NCBI GenBank assembly: GCA_045805385.1
Contig: JBJMLG010000231.1
Span: 1 to 59,607, forward strand
Source: Thermoleophilaceae bacterium
Lineage (GTDB): Bacteria > Actinomycetota > Thermoleophilia > Solirubrobacterales > Thermoleophilaceae
Direction of reading: 5' to 3'
DNA: 59,607 nt
Below the pieces are notes generated by a model. It searched no databases, was not told the DNA's origin, and was given only the letters and a program-made list of their open reading frames with translations. Shown one piece after another: positions 58,302 to 59,607 of this stretch; within the stretch, counting starts at the first letter, position 1; each line of letters opens with the position of its first letter. The position numbers and the translations under genes were made by a program.

Positions 58302-59516
58302 ATGGCCACCTTCGCCTTCAAGGCGCTCGACCTCGCGGGCCTCTCGACGAACGGTGAAGTCGACGGCGAGAGCAAGCAGGCAGTAGCGTCGATCCTCCGC
58401 CAGAAGGGCCTGATCGTCCTCGACATCGAGGAGCAGGCTGCTGCGAACGCGGGCGACCTGCTTCACCGCTTCAAGAAGGTCAAGCCGCACGACCTGACGG
58501 TCGCCACGCGTCAGCTCGCGACGATGATCTCGTCGGGCATGTCGCTCCTGCGCGCGCTCTACGTGCTCGAGGAGCAGTCCGACAGCGAGAAGTTGAAGGA
58601 GGCGTACGTCGAGGTCCGCAAGGACGTGGAGGCGGGCATCTCGTTCTCGGACGCCCTCAGGCGCCACCCCGACGTGTTCAACGAGCTCTACGTGGCGATG
58701 GTCTCCGCAGGCGAGACCGGCGGCATCCTGGAGGAGACGCTCGAGCGCGTGTCCGACCAGCTCGAGAAGGACGACTCGCTCAGGCGCCAGGTGAAGTCGG
58801 CGATGATGTACCCGATGATGATCGCGGGCTTTGCGGGGCTCGTGCTCACCGCGCTCGTGGCGTTCATCGTCCCGGTCTTCGAGAAGATCTTCAAGGACTT
58901 CGGCGGCGATCTGCCGACGATCACCAAGTTCACGGTCATGCTCTCGCACTTCCTCACCGGGCGCTGGTACCTCTGCATCCTGATCATCTGGGGTGTGGTC
59001 TTCGCCTTCAAGAAGTGGAAGAAGTCAACGCGCGGCCGCGAGCAATGGGACCGCTTCAAGCTGAAGATCCCGATGAAGATTGGCGACGTGGTGCAGAAGG
59101 TCGCGCTCGCGCGCTTCTCCCGCACCTATTCGGCTCTCGTGTCGGCCGGCGTGCCGATGCTCGAGGCGATCGAGATCACCGGGCGCACCTCCGGCAACAA
59201 GGTCGTGGAGAAGGCGATGCACGACGTGCGCGAGTCGGTGAAGGGGGGCGGCACGCTCGCTGCTCCGATGCGCAACACGCCCGAGGCCTTCCCGGAGATG
59301 GTCGTTCAGATGATCGCGGTGGGCGAGGAGACCGGCGCACTCGACACGATGCTGTCGAAGATCGCGGACTTCTACGAGGACGAGGTGGCGGCCACGCTCA
59401 AGGCGCTGACCTCGATCCTCGAGCCGATCATGATCATCCTCGTGGGCGCGATCGTCGGCTTCATCGTGATCTCGATGTACATGCCGCTGTTCAAGGTCTA
59501 CGACCAGATCAAGTAG
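58302..59516 (+). CDS. pilC: Type IV pilus platform protein PilC (T2SS F family)
   Basis: Duplicated T2SSF domains (LATMISSGMSLLRAL..., SALVSAGVPMLEAIEI...) with 3-4 TM segments. Confidence 0.9.
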   Translation: MATFAFKALDLAGLSTNGEVDGESKQAVASILRQKGLIVLDIEEQAAANAGDLLHRFKKVKPHDLTVATRQLATMISSGMSLLRALYVLEEQSDSEKLKEAYVEVRKDVEAGISFSDALRRHPDVFNELYVAMVSAGETGGILEETLERVSDQLEKDDSLRRQVKSAMMYPMMIAGFAGLVLTALVAFIVPVFEKIFKDFGGDLPTITKFTVMLSHFLTGRWYLCILIIWGVVFAFKKWKKSTRGREQWDRFKLKIPMKIGDVVQKVALARFSRTYSALVSAGVPMLEAIEITGRTSGNKVVEKAMHDVRESVKGGGTLAAPMRNTPEAFPEMVVQMIAVGEETGALDTMLSKIADFYEDEVAATLKALTSILEPIMIILVGAIVGFIVISMYMPLFKVYDQIK

Positions 59517-59524
59517 GCCTCTGT

Positions 59525-59552
59525 CGCGGGTCACGAGACGGCCGTGACCGCG
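59525..59552 (+). terminator. Hairpin after pilC (weak terminator candidate)
   Basis: CGCGG(G)TCACG ...7-nt loop... CGTGACCGCG with one bulged G and no U-tract. Confidence 0.3.
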
Positions 59553-59607
59553 CCGATCTACGGCTCGTCAAGCCACGCCAGGGCGGACACCCGGGCGTGG
59601 TCACCTA

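Overview
Very GC-rich bacterial chromosome segment (codon third positions are almost always G/C) with a gene order typical of Actinobacteria-type core genomes. Left to right: a 5'-truncated tandem-repeat envelope protein and a peptidoglycan-binding membrane protein; esterase, acetyltransferase and cupredoxin lipoprotein genes; a minus-strand pantothenate operon (DUF2520-like, panC, panD, panB); a family-4 uracil-DNA glycosylase; a long translationally coupled chain (tsaE, tsaB, rimI, tsaD, glutaredoxin-like, rex, GCS2 ligase, DUF1844-like, mtnP); a membrane pyrophosphatase; two tandem APC-permease/Usp fusions followed by two TrkA (RCK) genes; an FAD oxidoreductase; a GT39-like glycosyltransferase; an S4 protein; tRNA-Gln; two ABC exporter half-transporters; a DHA2 MFS pump; a small secreted protein; tRNA-Met; a formimidoyltransferase; MBL hydrolase, hisS, aspS; an IscU-like::MnmA fusion; an anti-sigma-like protein with a SigB/F-type sigma factor; a peptide-type ABC importer with atypical gene order and two paralogous binding proteins; a terminator-bracketed low-GC leader/ncRNA candidate in front of a MefA/EntS-like MFS pump; an HD-GYP protein; alaS, ruvX, mltG, aroE; and the start of a type IV pilus cluster (Trx-like protein, pilB, pilT, pilC). 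I found no rRNA, CRISPR array, transposase, integrase, prophage or recognisable defence genes. The window looks like core chromosome. The hunt therefore yields separate oddities (a domain fusion, an attenuator candidate, a transporter/RCK module, a pseudo-kinase anti-sigma factor, a non-canonical start) and not one clear novel multi-gene system. All domain calls were made by eye from motifs in the supplied translations. None was verified by a database search.
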